Shown here: positions 26,656 through 38,596 of the stretch, one piece after another
Numbering within the stretch: position 1 is the first letter of the stretch
Layout of the letters: each line of letters starts with the position of its first letter
DNA from: Bacteroidales bacterium
Lineage (GTDB): Bacteria; Bacteroidota; Bacteroidia; Bacteroidales; Bacteroidaceae
Direction of reading: 5' to 3'
Assembly (NCBI GenBank): GCA_030523705.1
Contig: JAUNHZ010000002.1
Location: 1-50,337 of the forward strand
DNA length: 50,337 nt
Position numbers and translations under genes: made by a program
Notes under the pieces: model-generated
What the model saw: the letters and a program-made list of their open reading frames with translations, nothing else
Database searches by the model: none
What the model was told of the DNA's origin: nothing

Positions 26656-28014
26656 ATGAATATTTCATTAGAAAACGCAAGCAAGGTAAGCGCTCAGCTT
26701 ATCGTTAAGATTGAGGCAGCTGATTACCAGGAGGCTGTAGAGAAGTCATTGAAGGCTTTCCGCCGCAATGCAAATGTTCCAGGTTTCCGTAAGGGTATGG
26801 TTCCTATGGGCTTGATCAAGAAGCAATATGGTGAGGCTGCAAAGGCTGAGGAAGTAAACAAGCTGTTGCAGAATAAGGTGTTTGAGTATATCAAGGACAA
26901 TAAGGTAAACATGCTGGGTGAGCCACTTCCTGCAGAGGATCAGGAGATGGTAGACTTTGCAACTGCAGAGGAGTTCACTTTCAAGTTTGATATCGCATTG
27001 GCTCCAGAGTTCACAGTAGAGCTTTCTTCTAAGGATAATCTTCCTTACTACACCATCGACGTAAACGATGAGATGGTTGAGCGTCAGTGTGAGACTTACA
27101 AGCAGCAGGCTGGCCACATGGAGAATGTAGATTCTTATGTAGGTGCTAACGATATGATCAAGGGTCTGTTGGCAGAGCTCGATGAGAACGGTAACGTAAA
27201 GGAAGGTGGTATCCAGGTAGAGAAGGCTTCTTTGATGCCTACTTACTTGAAGAACGAAGACCAGAAGGCTTTGTTCAATGGTGCTAAGGTAAACGATGTA
27301 TTGGTATTCAACCCAAATACTGCATACGATGGCAATGAGACTGAGCTGGCTGCTCTGTTGAAGATTGAGAAGACAGAGGTTGCTGCTCATGCTGGTAACT
27401 TCAGCTATCAGGTTGAGGAGATTACTCGCTTCGTTGCTTCTGAGTTGAATCAGGCTCTCTTCGACCAGGTTCTGGGTGAGGGTAAGGTTTCTTCAGAAGA
27501 GGAGTTCAAGGCTGCACTGAAGACTCAGTTGGCTGGTAGCTTCGTTGCTGATAGCGACTATAAGTTCATGGTTGACCTCCGCACTTACCTGACTCAGAAG
27601 GTTGGTAAGCTGGAGTTCTGCGATACTTTGCTGAAGAAGATCATGTTGCAGAACAACAAGGAGAAGGGCGAGGAGTTCGTAAACGAGAACTATGACAAGA
27701 GCATTGAGGAACTGACTTGGCATTTGATCAAGGAGCAGTTGGTTGCTGCTAACGGTATCAAGGTTGACGACAAGGAAGTTACCGAGATGGCTAAGCAGGC
27801 TACTCGCGCTCAGTTCGCTCAGTATGGCATGATGAACATTCCAGAGGAGATGCTGGAGAACTATGCTAAGGAAATGCTGAAGAAGGAGAACACTGTAGAA
27901 GGTCTGGTAAACCGTGTAATTGAGAACAAGATTGCTGCTGCTACCAAGACTCAGGTTACTCTGGAGAACAAGAGCGTTTCAATTGAAGAGTTTAACAAAA
28001 TGTTCGAGGCGTAA
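26656..28014 (+). CDS. tig: Trigger factor
   Basis: VPGFRKGMVPMGLIKKQYG is the ribosome-binding signature. The gene sits directly upstream of clpP-clpX. Confidence 0.93.
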   Translation: MNISLENASKVSAQLIVKIEAADYQEAVEKSLKAFRRNANVPGFRKGMVPMGLIKKQYGEAAKAEEVNKLLQNKVFEYIKDNKVNMLGEPLPAEDQEMVDFATAEEFTFKFDIALAPEFTVELSSKDNLPYYTIDVNDEMVERQCETYKQQAGHMENVDSYVGANDMIKGLLAELDENGNVKEGGIQVEKASLMPTYLKNEDQKALFNGAKVNDVLVFNPNTAYDGNETELAALLKIEKTEVAAHAGNFSYQVEEITRFVASELNQALFDQVLGEGKVSSEEEFKAALKTQLAGSFVADSDYKFMVDLRTYLTQKVGKLEFCDTLLKKIMLQNNKEKGEEFVNENYDKSIEELTWHLIKEQLVAANGIKVDDKEVTEMAKQATRAQFAQYGMMNIPEEMLENYAKEMLKKENTVEGLVNRVIENKIAAATKTQVTLENKSVSIEEFNKMFEA

Positions 28015-28037
28015 GTCTTAACTTTGAAATAATAACA

Positions 28038-28075
28038 AAAGAGGAGGCTTGGGTTCTTACCTTAGTCTCCTCTTT
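28038..28075 (+). terminator. Hairpin after tig
   Basis: AAAGAGGAG-20 nt-CTCCTCTTT, a 9-bp stem with a weak U-tract. Confidence 0.4.
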
Positions 28076-28091
28076 GGTCTAAATAAAGCTT

Positions 28092-28763
28092 ATGAATATA
28101 AAAGACGATTTCAGAAAGTTTGCCATGCATAATGCTGGCGTTAGTGGTCTGGTGATTGACGATGTCATCAAGTCTCAGGCAGGTTATTTGAACCCATACA
28201 TCCTGGAGGAACGTCAGCTGAACGTGACTCAGCTGGATGTGTTCTCTCGTTTGATGATGGACAGAATCATCTTCTTGGGTACAGAAATCAATGACTATAC
28301 CGCAAATACACTCCAGGCTCAGCTGTTGTATCTGGATTCTGTGGATCCAGGTAAGGATATCTCTATCTACCTGAACTCTCCTGGTGGTTCAGTATATGCT
28401 GGTCTGGGCATTTATGACACCATGCAGTTCATCTCCAGCGATGTGGCTACTATCTGTACAGGTATGGCTGCTTCTATGGCAGCTGTTCTCTTAGTGGCAG
28501 GTGCAGAGGGTAAGCGTTCCGCTTTGACCCATAGCCGTGTCATGATTCATCAGCCATTGGGTGGTGCGCAGGGACAGGCATCTGATATTGAGATTACTGC
28601 ACGTGAGATTCAGAAGTTGAAGAAGGAATTATATACCATCATTTCCGACCATTCTAAGACTCCTTTTGAAAAGGTTTGGGCAGATTCTGACCGTGATTAT
28701 TGGATGACGGCTGCCGAGGCTAAGGAGTATGGTATGATTGATCAGGTTCTAGCACGCAAGTAA
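28092..28763 (+). CDS. clpP: ATP-dependent Clp protease proteolytic subunit
   Basis: [16 protein letters not shown], active-site [11 protein letters not shown] and MIHQPLGG. Confidence 0.96.
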   Translation: MNIKDDFRKFAMHNAGVSGLVIDDVIKSQAGYLNPYILEERQLNVTQLDVFSRLMMDRIIFLGTEINDYTANTLQAQLLYLDSVDPGKDISIYLNSPGGSVYAGLGIYDTMQFISSDVATICTGMAASMAAVLLVAGAEGKRSALTHSRVMIHQPLGGAQGQASDIEITAREIQKLKKELYTIISDHSKTPFEKVWADSDRDYWMTAAEAKEYGMIDQVLARK

Positions 28764-28767
28764 AGGT

Positions 28768-30006
28768 ATGGCTAGAGAAAGAAAATGTAGTTTCTGTGAT
28801 CGCCCTGATAGTCGTGTACGTCTCCTGATTACCGGTAGCACCGGTTTCATCTGTGATGAATGTGCTGAACAGGCATATGAGGTGGTAAAGGAAGCATTGG
28901 CTGTTTCAGGAAAGGCTGCCAAAGAACAGGAAATGGACTGGGAGTCTCTCCCTAAGCCAAAGGAAATCAAAGCCTTCTTGGACCAGTATGTCATTGGCCA
29001 GGATGATGCCAAGCGCCATTTGTCTGTAGCAGTATATAACCACTACAAGCGCTTGAGCCAGAAGAAGGCCGATGCCGATGATGTGGAGATTGAAAAGAGT
29101 AACATCATCATGGTGGGAAGTACCGGTACGGGTAAGACCTTGCTGGCACATAGCATTGCCCGACTGCTGAATGTTCCTTTCACCATTGTTGATGCAACCG
29201 TATTCACCGAGGCTGGTTATGTGGGAGAGGATATTGAAAGTATCCTGACCCGCTTGCTCCAGGTGTGCGACTATGATGAGAAGCGTGCAGAACAGGGAAT
29301 CGTGTTCATTGATGAGATTGACAAGATTGCCCGTAAGAGTGATAACCCATCTATTACCCGCGATGTAAGTGGCGAGGGTGTACAGCAAGGATTGCTGAAG
29401 CTGTTGGAGGGAAGCGATGTGCTTGTGCCACCAAACGGTGGACGAAAGCATCCAGACCAGAAGATGATCAAGGTGAACACCAAGAACATCCTGTTCATCT
29501 GTGGTGGCGCTTTCGATGGCATAGAGAAAAAGATTGCCCAGCGCTTGAACACCCATGTGGTAGGATTTGGAGCGGTAGAGAATGCAGCTCGTATAGATAA
29601 GGGTAATCTCATGCAGTATATCGTGCCACAGGATTTGAAGTCGTTTGGACTGATTCCTGAGATTATTGGTCGTTTGCCAGTCCTGACCTCTTTGCAGCCT
29701 TTGGATAGGACTGCATTGCGCCAGATCCTTACGGAACCAAAGAACTCTATTGTCAAGCAATACATCAAGCTCTTTGAGATGGATGGCATTCAATTGACCT
29801 TTAAAGAGGAAGTCTTTGATTTTATTGTAGATAAGGCTTTGGAATACAAACTGGGAGCCCGAGGGTTACGCTCTATTGTTGAGTCTATCATGCTCGATGC
29901 CATGTTTGAGATACCAACAACCAAGCCTAAAGAATTTGTGGTGGACTTGGAATATGCTAAACAGCAGCTTTTGAGGACAAATTTGGAAAAATTGCAAAAC
30001 GCCTGA
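28768..30006 (+). CDS. clpX: ATP-dependent Clp protease ATP-binding subunit ClpX
   Basis: Zinc ribbon CSFCDR...ICDECA, Walker [12 protein letters not shown], Walker [11 protein letters not shown]. Confidence 0.96.
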   Translation: MARERKCSFCDRPDSRVRLLITGSTGFICDECAEQAYEVVKEALAVSGKAAKEQEMDWESLPKPKEIKAFLDQYVIGQDDAKRHLSVAVYNHYKRLSQKKADADDVEIEKSNIIMVGSTGTGKTLLAHSIARLLNVPFTIVDATVFTEAGYVGEDIESILTRLLQVCDYDEKRAEQGIVFIDEIDKIARKSDNPSITRDVSGEGVQQGLLKLLEGSDVLVPPNGGRKHPDQKMIKVNTKNILFICGGAFDGIEKKIAQRLNTHVVGFGAVENAARIDKGNLMQYIVPQDLKSFGLIPEIIGRLPVLTSLQPLDRTALRQILTEPKNSIVKQYIKLFEMDGIQLTFKEEVFDFIVDKALEYKLGARGLRSIVESIMLDAMFEIPTTKPKEFVVDLEYAKQQLLRTNLEKLQNA

Positions 30007-30014
30007 ATATCAAG

Positions 30015-30056
30015 CAAGTAATTCTTTTTTTGAATTACTTGTTTTTATTTTTTTTG
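30015..30056 (+). terminator. Intrinsic terminator after clpX
   Basis: CAAGTAATTC-TTTTTTT-GAATTACTTG forms a 10-bp perfect stem, followed by TTTTTATTTTTTTT. Confidence 0.8.
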
Positions 30057-30098
30057 AAAATAAAGCCGAAAAAATATGGGATTTTCAAAACTTGTTTA

Positions 30099-30106
30099 TA
30101 ACTTTG
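30099..30106 (+). promoter_or_regulatory. -7 box TAACTTTG (recQ)
   Basis: It lies 23 nt upstream of the ATG at 30129. Confidence 0.5.
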
Positions 30107-30128
30107 TTGGAAAGTAACTTTTTATACT

Positions 30129-32309
30129 ATGGCAAACAAGTACAATTTGGTTAATGAACTGAAGCATTATTTCGGCTTTGACACGTTTAAGGGACATCAG
30201 GAAGCTATCGTTCAAAATGTTTTGGATGGTAACGACACGTTTGTCCTCATGCCTACGGGTGGCGGCAAGTCTTTGTGCTATCAGCTGCCATCTTTGCTCA
30301 TGGATGGAACAGCCATAGTAATCTCTCCATTGATAGCCTTGATGAAGAATCAAGTCGATGCCATCCGTCACGTCTGTGAAGAGGATGGTGTGGCTCATTT
30401 CATCAATTCATCTCTGACAAGAAAAGATATAGAACAGGTAAAGGCCGATATCAATTGTGGCAAGACCAAGCTGCTGTATGTGGCCCCAGAATCCCTGACG
30501 AAATTAGAGAATATAGAGTTTCTCCGTTCCGTAAAGATTTCATTCTATGCCGTGGATGAGGCTCACTGTATTTCTGAGTGGGGACATGATTTCCGTCCTG
30601 AGTATAGACGCATCCGTCCTATCATTAATGATATAGGTAATGCGCCAGTGATAGCTTTGACGGCTACCGCTACCGATAAGGTCCGGGGAGATATCAAGAA
30701 GAACCTGGGTATAGTCGATGCGCAGGAATTCTGCTCTTCATTCAACCGCCCAAACCTGTACTATGAGGTACGCCCTAAGACGAAGGATATTGACAGGGAC
30801 ATTATCAAGTTCATCAAACAGCATTCCGGCAAGAGCGGCATAGTATATTGTCTGAGCCGTAAAAAGGTAGAGGAGCTGGCAGAGATTCTTCAGGCAAATG
30901 AAATCAATGCAAGAGCCTATCATGCAGGTATGGATACCATCACCCGTTCACAGACACAAGACGATTTCATCATGGAGCGTATTGATGTCATTGTGGCAAC
31001 CATAGCCTTTGGTATGGGTATTGATAAGCCTGATGTGCGATTTGTCATCCATTATGATATCCCAAAGAGTTTGGAGGGTTACTATCAGGAAACCGGTAGA
31101 GCCGGACGAGATGGTGGCGAGGGCTTGTGTATAGCCTTTTATACCAGCAAGGACCTTCAGAAACTGGAGAAGTTTATGGAGGGAAAGCCTGTGGCAGAGC
31201 AAGATATAGGTCGCCAGCTCTTGCAAGAGACCGCGGCTTATGCAGAGTCCTCTGTATGCCGAAGAAGACTGTTGCTCCATTATTTTGGCGAAAGCTTTGA
31301 TGTGGATAACTGTGGTAATTGCGATAACTGTCTGCATCCTAAGAAGCAGATCGATGCTAAGGACTCCTTGGTTATGGTACTGGATGTGGTGCAGTTGCTG
31401 AAAGAGAATTTCAAGAGTGACTATCTTGTTGATTTCTTGATAGGAAAAGAGACCACGAATATACAGTCGCACTTGCACGATGAGCTGGAAGAGTTTGGCT
31501 GTGGCGAGGAACATGACCTGAAATACTGGAATGCCGTCATCCGTCATGCCTTGATTGCAGGCTATCTCACCAAAGATGTGGAAAACTATGGCATATTGCA
31601 TGTGTCAGAAGATGGCCTGAAGTTCCGTAAGAAACCTGTGACATTCCTCATTCGTGAAGATAATGATTTTGATGAAGTAGAAGACGAGAGCCCAACAGCG
31701 GGCAGTGGAGGTGGAGCATTGGATCCAGCCCTGTTCGCTATGCTGAAGGATTTGCGTAAATCCCTTTCCAGGAAGCTGGATGTACCACCTTATGTGATTT
31801 TCCAAGATCCATCCCTGGAGGCTATGGCCACTGTCTATCCTATCAATCTGGAGGAATTACAGAACATCCCAGGTGTGGGAGCAGGAAAGGCTAAACGCTA
31901 TGGAGAGGCCTTCTGTGATCTCATCAAAAAACATTGTGAGGAGAACGGCATTGAGCGCCTGGGCGATCTGCGTATCAGAACCGTGGCTAAGAAATCCATG
32001 CTCAAGGTCAGCATCATTCAGAGTATCGACCGTAAGATAGCCTTGGACGATATTGCCATGGCTAAGGGTTTGGAGTTTGAGGAATTGCTGGATGAGGTAG
32101 AGGCAATTGTCTATTCCGGCACAAAACTCAATATCGACTACTTTATTGAAGAGGTGGTGGATGATGACCATCTGGATGATATCTATGATTATTTCTCTGA
32201 GTCTGAGACCGATGATCTAGACACGGCTATAGAGGAGTTAGGAAGCGATTATTCCGAGGATGAGATACGTTTAGTGCGTATTAAGTTCATGTCGGAGATG
32301 GCAAACTAA
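30129..32309 (+). CDS. recQ: ATP-dependent DNA helicase RecQ
   Basis: PTGGGKSLCYQLP, DEAHCISEWGHDFRPEY, a RecQ zinc cluster CRRR...CGNCDNC, and an HRDC-like region followed by an acidic tail. Confidence 0.95.
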   Translation: MANKYNLVNELKHYFGFDTFKGHQEAIVQNVLDGNDTFVLMPTGGGKSLCYQLPSLLMDGTAIVISPLIALMKNQVDAIRHVCEEDGVAHFINSSLTRKDIEQVKADINCGKTKLLYVAPESLTKLENIEFLRSVKISFYAVDEAHCISEWGHDFRPEYRRIRPIINDIGNAPVIALTATATDKVRGDIKKNLGIVDAQEFCSSFNRPNLYYEVRPKTKDIDRDIIKFIKQHSGKSGIVYCLSRKKVEELAEILQANEINARAYHAGMDTITRSQTQDDFIMERIDVIVATIAFGMGIDKPDVRFVIHYDIPKSLEGYYQETGRAGRDGGEGLCIAFYTSKDLQKLEKFMEGKPVAEQDIGRQLLQETAAYAESSVCRRRLLLHYFGESFDVDNCGNCDNCLHPKKQIDAKDSLVMVLDVVQLLKENFKSDYLVDFLIGKETTNIQSHLHDELEEFGCGEEHDLKYWNAVIRHALIAGYLTKDVENYGILHVSEDGLKFRKKPVTFLIREDNDFDEVEDESPTAGSGGGALDPALFAMLKDLRKSLSRKLDVPPYVIFQDPSLEAMATVYPINLEELQNIPGVGAGKAKRYGEAFCDLIKKHCEENGIERLGDLRIRTVAKKSMLKVSIIQSIDRKIALDDIAMAKGLEFEELLDEVEAIVYSGTKLNIDYFIEEVVDDDHLDDIYDYFSESETDDLDTAIEELGSDYSEDEIRLVRIKFMSEMAN

Positions 32310-32344
32310 TTTAATTTGTTAAAAAAACGGCGAAAAGCCCCTAA

Positions 32345-33871
<1,527 letters not shown>

Positions 33872-33895
33872 TTTTTTGCTAAATAAAAATAAAAG

Positions 33896-33929
33896 AGAGG
33901 ACATTCTATGCTGAATGTCCTCTTTTTCT
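33896..33929 (+). terminator. Intrinsic terminator after guaB
   Basis: AGAGGACATTC-TATGCT-GAATGTCCTCT forms an 11-bp perfect stem, followed by TTTTTCTT. Confidence 0.8.
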
Positions 33930-33974
33930 TGTTTTTTATGTGTATCTTCGCATCGATTTTTAGTTGAAAGTAGA

Positions 33975-35216
33975 ATGAGCAGAATTGGGATGTTATTTTT
34001 AGCATGTGTCCTGTGCGTACAACTGTATGCTCAGCAGGCCGATGATGTCCTGATGAAGGTGGGAGATAAGGTAGTCTCTGCGCAGGATTTTTTGGGATTC
34101 CTAAAGGAATCATCTGCGGGAAAGAAGGATATAGACCAGAGTCTTGACTTGTATGCTGACTACTTGGTGAAAGTGGCTTATGCAGAGAAGAAAGGCTTGG
34201 ATGCTACACCTGCTGTGACTCAGTTATTAGATAATTTACAAAATGGTTCTGTCGTTAGTCAGGGGGTTGATGAGGACTGGACCATTGGCGGACTCTCAGG
34301 TCAGTCTTTGCTGATTGGACATATTGTCCTGCCATTGCCTCAGCATGCTTCTGGCTTCTCTTCCCAGTCTGTCTTGAAAGCAAGAATGGACTCCATCTGT
34401 CAGCAGATCCGTGGTGGAAAAGAGTTCATGGAGATGGCACAGGCCTTGTTCCCTCAGCAACGTAGTAAGTATTGGGTTTCTAAGAATCACTTGCTGACCG
34501 AGGTTGAGAATGTAGCTTACGGTTTGAAGGTGGGAGAGATGTCTGATCCTTTCCTGGCTACCGATGGTTACCATCTCATTAAAGTGTATGAGAAGGCCGA
34601 GGGCAAGATGGAACCAGCCAGTGTAGATGTCAGTGTGCCTCAGGTGGCGGCTACCAGCTCCTTGATGGATGAGTATAGGAATGGCATTCTCTTGAATGAG
34701 CTTTACAAACAGCATGTACAGGCACAGGAAGAGGTGACCGAAGAGGACTTGAAAGCGTTCTTTGCAAACCATCACAAGGATTATACATGGGATATTCCTC
34801 ACTATAAGGGCCTGTATTACAGGTGCAAGGACAAGAAGACTTCTAAGAGCATTGCAAAATTGCTCAAGAAATACCCTATGGAGCAGTGGGGAACCTTGAT
34901 CAGCAGTCCGGTTTACGGAGCCTTGTTCAGTAAGGCAGAGGTCAGCTCTCTCCAGCTTTTCAAGTTGAGTCAGGACCCTACAGTAGATGAGCTGGTCTTT
35001 GGTGGTCCTAAACAGCCTAAATCGGCAGACTATCCTTTTGTGGGAATCTCCGGAAAGAAATTGAAGAAAGGTCCAGACAGCTATTTCGATGTCTATGACT
35101 TATTGAAGCGGGATTACGACTTGTTCAAGGAAGTGCAGTGGATGGAGGACATGCGTAAAGAGGTTCCGGTGTGGATCAACAATAAATTACTGAAGAAAAT
35201 AAAAACAGAGATATAG
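33975..35216 (+). CDS. Parvulin-type peptidyl-prolyl isomerase (secreted)
   Basis: The track start at 33915 lies inside the guaB terminator hairpin. The ATG at 33975 gives the signal peptide MSRIGMLFLACVLCVQLYAQQ. The parvulin motif is GEMSDPFLATDGYHLIKV. Confidence 0.85.
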   Translation: MSRIGMLFLACVLCVQLYAQQADDVLMKVGDKVVSAQDFLGFLKESSAGKKDIDQSLDLYADYLVKVAYAEKKGLDATPAVTQLLDNLQNGSVVSQGVDEDWTIGGLSGQSLLIGHIVLPLPQHASGFSSQSVLKARMDSICQQIRGGKEFMEMAQALFPQQRSKYWVSKNHLLTEVENVAYGLKVGEMSDPFLATDGYHLIKVYEKAEGKMEPASVDVSVPQVAATSSLMDEYRNGILLNELYKQHVQAQEEVTEEDLKAFFANHHKDYTWDIPHYKGLYYRCKDKKTSKSIAKLLKKYPMEQWGTLISSPVYGALFSKAEVSSLQLFKLSQDPTVDELVFGGPKQPKSADYPFVGISGKKLKKGPDSYFDVYDLLKRDYDLFKEVQWMEDMRKEVPVWINNKLLKKIKTEI

Positions 35217-35222
35217 AATAAT

Positions 35223-36605
35223 ATGATGAATATGAGTGGAAAAATCCGTTTAATGACTTTGATTTGTCTGCTATTCGTGCAGTTTGGCGCTTATGCTCAG
35301 TCTGAGAATAATGTAGTGGACGAGGTAATCTGGGTAGTTGGTGATCAGGCTATCCTTAAGTCGGATGTTGAAGCTGAGCGTATCCGTGCTCAGATGGAAG
35401 GTCAACGATGGACTGGAGACCCTTATTGCGTGATTCCAGAGCAGTTGGCTGTCCAGAAGCTTTTCTTGCATCAGGCAGCCATCGACAGTGTGGAAGTGTC
35501 TGAGTCTGAAATCATGAGCCAGGTGGAGCAGCAGATGAACTATTATGTTCAGCAGATTGGATCCAAGGAGAAGATGGAAGAGTACTTCAACAAGAATTCT
35601 TCACAGATCAGAGAGCAGCTTCATGACACCTTGAAGGATCAGCTCACCATGCAGTCCATGCAGCGCAAGCTGGTAGGTGACATCAAGTTGACACCAGCCG
35701 ATGTCCGTCGTTATTTCAAGGATATCCCTCAAGACAGTCTTCCATATATCCCTACTCAGATAGAGGTGCAGATTATCACCCAGGAACCAAAGATTCCACA
35801 GGAGGAGATTAACCGCGTAAAGAACCAGCTTCGTGAATACACCGAGCAGGTGAACGAAGGAAAGATTCAGTTCTCTACCTTGGCTTTGCTTTATTCTGAG
35901 GATACAGCTTCTGCCCGCCAGGGTGGTGAGTTTGGATTCATGGGCCGTGGCGAGTTGGTCTCTGAATATGCTAATGTAGCTTTCAACTTGACAGACCCTA
36001 AGAAAATCTCCAAGATTGTTGAGTCAGAGTACGGATTCCATATTATTCAGCTCATTGAAAAGCGTGGAGACCGCGTGAACTCCCGTCATATCTTGCTTAA
36101 GCCTCATGTATCTGAAGAAGAACTGATGGCTGGATTGCAGCGATTAGATTCTATTGCGAACGATATTCGTGCAGAAAAGTTCTCGTTCGATGAGGCTGCC
36201 ACTTATCTTTCATCCGATAAGGATACCCGAAACAACCACGGTCTGTTGCCAAATAGCAACAAAAACAGTAGCTTGTATGGTACCGCACGTTCTGAGATGC
36301 AGGACTTGCCACAGGAGGTTGCTAAGGTGGTCAACAACATGAAGGTTGGTGATGTATCCGATGCATTTACCATGATTAACTCTAAGGGTAAAGAGGTTGT
36401 TGCCATTGTCAAGCTCCGTAACCGTATTGAAGGTCACAAGGCTACTATTACCGATGACTATCAGAAACTGAAGGATATGGTTGTTGCCAAGCGTAGAGAT
36501 GAGAAACTGGATAAATGGATCAGGGACAAACAGCGTACTACTTATATCCGAGTCAATCCAGAATGGGTGAAGTGTGATTTCCAGTACCCAGGTTGGATCA
36601 AGTAA
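35223..36605 (+). CDS. SurA-like periplasmic chaperone / peptidyl-prolyl isomerase
   Basis: Signal peptide LMTLICLLFVQFGAYAQ, a SurA_N-like region, and the parvulin motifs GGEFGFMGRGELV and YGFHIIQLIEKR. Confidence 0.85.
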   Translation: MMNMSGKIRLMTLICLLFVQFGAYAQSENNVVDEVIWVVGDQAILKSDVEAERIRAQMEGQRWTGDPYCVIPEQLAVQKLFLHQAAIDSVEVSESEIMSQVEQQMNYYVQQIGSKEKMEEYFNKNSSQIREQLHDTLKDQLTMQSMQRKLVGDIKLTPADVRRYFKDIPQDSLPYIPTQIEVQIITQEPKIPQEEINRVKNQLREYTEQVNEGKIQFSTLALLYSEDTASARQGGEFGFMGRGELVSEYANVAFNLTDPKKISKIVESEYGFHIIQLIEKRGDRVNSRHILLKPHVSEEELMAGLQRLDSIANDIRAEKFSFDEAATYLSSDKDTRNNHGLLPNSNKNSSLYGTARSEMQDLPQEVAKVVNNMKVGDVSDAFTMINSKGKEVVAIVKLRNRIEGHKATITDDYQKLKDMVVAKRRDEKLDKWIRDKQRTTYIRVNPEWVKCDFQYPGWIK

Positions 36606-36614
36606 AACGTGCCG

Positions 36615-38276
36615 ATGGAGAAACAACGTTATCTGCTCTTTTTCGTACTTCTGCTCTGTGCGCTGAGCATGGCAAATGCCTTGACTTTTCGCATGGATAG
36701 GGATGCTTGTGCAGATAATGGGGATACTCCAAAAGACTCCACGGTCTATCTGTTGCATGCAGACCGCCTGTCTTTCAACCAGGAACTCAGGCCAGATGCT
36801 CAGGTGCTGAATGGAAATGTGGTTTTCCGCCACAATAAGGCACTGATGTATTGTGACAGTGCGCTTTTCTTTCAGCAGTCCAACTCGTTCGAGGCTTTTG
36901 GCCGAGTGAAGATGAACCAGGGAGATACCTTGACTCTTACGGGTAATTATCTGTATTACGATGGAAATCAGCAGCTTGCAGAGGTTCGTGAGAATGTGAT
37001 TCTGACACATCGCAAGACCAAGCTATATACAGACAGCTTGAATTACGACCGCCTGTATGGCTTAGGCTATTTTATGGATGGAGGAAAGCTGGTAGATGAG
37101 GATAATGTGCTGACCTCGGATTGGGGTGAGTATAGCCCATCTCTTCACGAGGCGCTCTTTAATTTCAATGTAAAGCTGGACAATCCTAAGTTTACGTTGA
37201 CTACCGATACGCTTCATTATAACACAGAGACGAATATCGCCCATTTTACCGGTCCTTCGAATGTGGATAGTGATAATAACCATATCTATTCTGAATCGGG
37301 CTATTATAACACCAAGACCGAAGCGGCTAATCTGGTCCAGCGAAGCGTGCTGGTTAATCCGGAGAGGCGACTGGTAGGTGACTCTGTGGTTTACAACAAG
37401 CAGACCGGTGAGGGCGAAGGTTTTGGAAACGTGGTGATTACCAATATCAAGGACCAGAACCAGCTGATAGGCGATTACTGCTACTATAACGACAGTACTG
37501 GCTCTGCTCTGGCTACGGGTAGGGCTGTGGCAAAGGATTTCTCCCAGGAGAATGCCGATACCCTGTTCATGCATGCCGATACGTTGCGCATGTATTCCTA
37601 TAACCTGGAGACCGATTCCCTGTATCGGGTAATCCACGCCTATCATAAAGGACGCATCTTCAGAGAAGATATCCAGGCCGTGAGTGATTCCATTGTGTAT
37701 AATCAGCAAGACTCTTGCTTCACGCTCTATTACAGCCCAGTGGTATGGAACCAGAACATGCAGCTTTCTGGAGAGCGGATTATGGTCTATAGCAAAGACA
37801 GTACCATCAGTTGGGCGCATGTCCAGGATCAGGCCATGTCCATTGAACAGGTAGACTCCGTCCACTATAACCAGATTAGCGGAAAGGACATCAAGGCCTA
37901 TTTCGATGATGAAGGAGAACTGTATCAGACCAATGTGGTTGGCAATGTGGAGTTTGTGTACTATCCAATGGAAAAGGACAGCACCTTGACCATGATGCAT
38001 ACCGGTCAGGATTCAGAGATGCGTTTCTATCTCAAGAAAAGAAAGCTAGAAAAGATATGGGGTGGCTCCGGCTTCTCAGCCACGGGCTATCCTATAGAGA
38101 TGATCCCGGCAGACAAGCTGAAGCTGAAGGGATTCCTTTGGCTGGATTATATCCGTCCAAAGACCAAGGAGGAAATCTTTGAGTGGGTGGACCGCAAGTC
38201 CGGTGATGTGCTCAAAGAGACTCCAAAGCGCAAGACACCATTGGTGGATTTAAACAAGTTGAAATCTAAAAAATAG
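36615..38276 (+). CDS. OstA-like (LptD N-terminal-type) repeat protein
   Basis: The track start is GTG 36609, and an ATG at 36615 gives MEKQRYLLFFVLLLCALSMANA. The rest is a repetitive beta-rich sequence (ADTLxY..., VxGNVxF) typical of Bacteroidetes OstA-like proteins. Confidence 0.75.
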   Translation: MEKQRYLLFFVLLLCALSMANALTFRMDRDACADNGDTPKDSTVYLLHADRLSFNQELRPDAQVLNGNVVFRHNKALMYCDSALFFQQSNSFEAFGRVKMNQGDTLTLTGNYLYYDGNQQLAEVRENVILTHRKTKLYTDSLNYDRLYGLGYFMDGGKLVDEDNVLTSDWGEYSPSLHEALFNFNVKLDNPKFTLTTDTLHYNTETNIAHFTGPSNVDSDNNHIYSESGYYNTKTEAANLVQRSVLVNPERRLVGDSVVYNKQTGEGEGFGNVVITNIKDQNQLIGDYCYYNDSTGSALATGRAVAKDFSQENADTLFMHADTLRMYSYNLETDSLYRVIHAYHKGRIFREDIQAVSDSIVYNQQDSCFTLYYSPVVWNQNMQLSGERIMVYSKDSTISWAHVQDQAMSIEQVDSVHYNQISGKDIKAYFDDEGELYQTNVVGNVEFVYYPMEKDSTLTMMHTGQDSEMRFYLKKRKLEKIWGGSGFSATGYPIEMIPADKLKLKGFLWLDYIRPKTKEEIFEWVDRKSGDVLKETPKRKTPLVDLNKLKSKK

Positions 38277-38281
38277 GAAAT

Positions 38282-38593
38282 ATGGGACTTTTTTCTTCAA
38301 GACAACCTCGCCGTTTTCATCATGAGTACATCTATTATAATGAGCGGAAAGAGAAACTGAAAAGAATAGAAGACAATGCCCGTCGTGAGCTTGGCTTGCT
38401 GGAACCTTCTGATGAATCAGCCAAGGAAGCTCGCAATGAGCGTATTCATAGTGCCATTATCAACAGTACCACACACCTTAGAAGAAGAGAGGAGCGTGGC
38501 GGTAATGCTATTTCCTATAAGTGGCTTTTCGTCTTGATTTTTGTCTTGCTTTTCGTTTTGCATTATTTCTATACGGGTAATTTCCATTTCTAA
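38282..38593 (+). CDS. Small tail-anchored membrane protein, unknown function
   Basis: The 103-aa ORF has a basic, charged N-terminal ~80 aa and then one TM (WLFVLIFVLLFVLHYFY). It is packed 5 nt after the OstA-like gene and 3 nt before mutL. Confidence 0.6.
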   Translation: MGLFSSRQPRRFHHEYIYYNERKEKLKRIEDNARRELGLLEPSDESAKEARNERIHSAIINSTTHLRRREERGGNAISYKWLFVLIFVLLFVLHYFYTGNFHF

Positions 38594-38596
38594 GGC

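Noticed and set aside
33915-33974. Upstream extension of the PPIase ORF. Similar N-terminal extensions occur at 21368 (era, TTG), 6991 (kinase), 3706 (kinase), 47184 (GTG) and 50123 (TTG).
   Set aside because: The 33915 ATG lies inside the guaB terminator hairpin. The other extensions begin at non-ATG codons or overlap -7 boxes, and they precede a better Met followed by a signal peptide or a conserved N-terminus.
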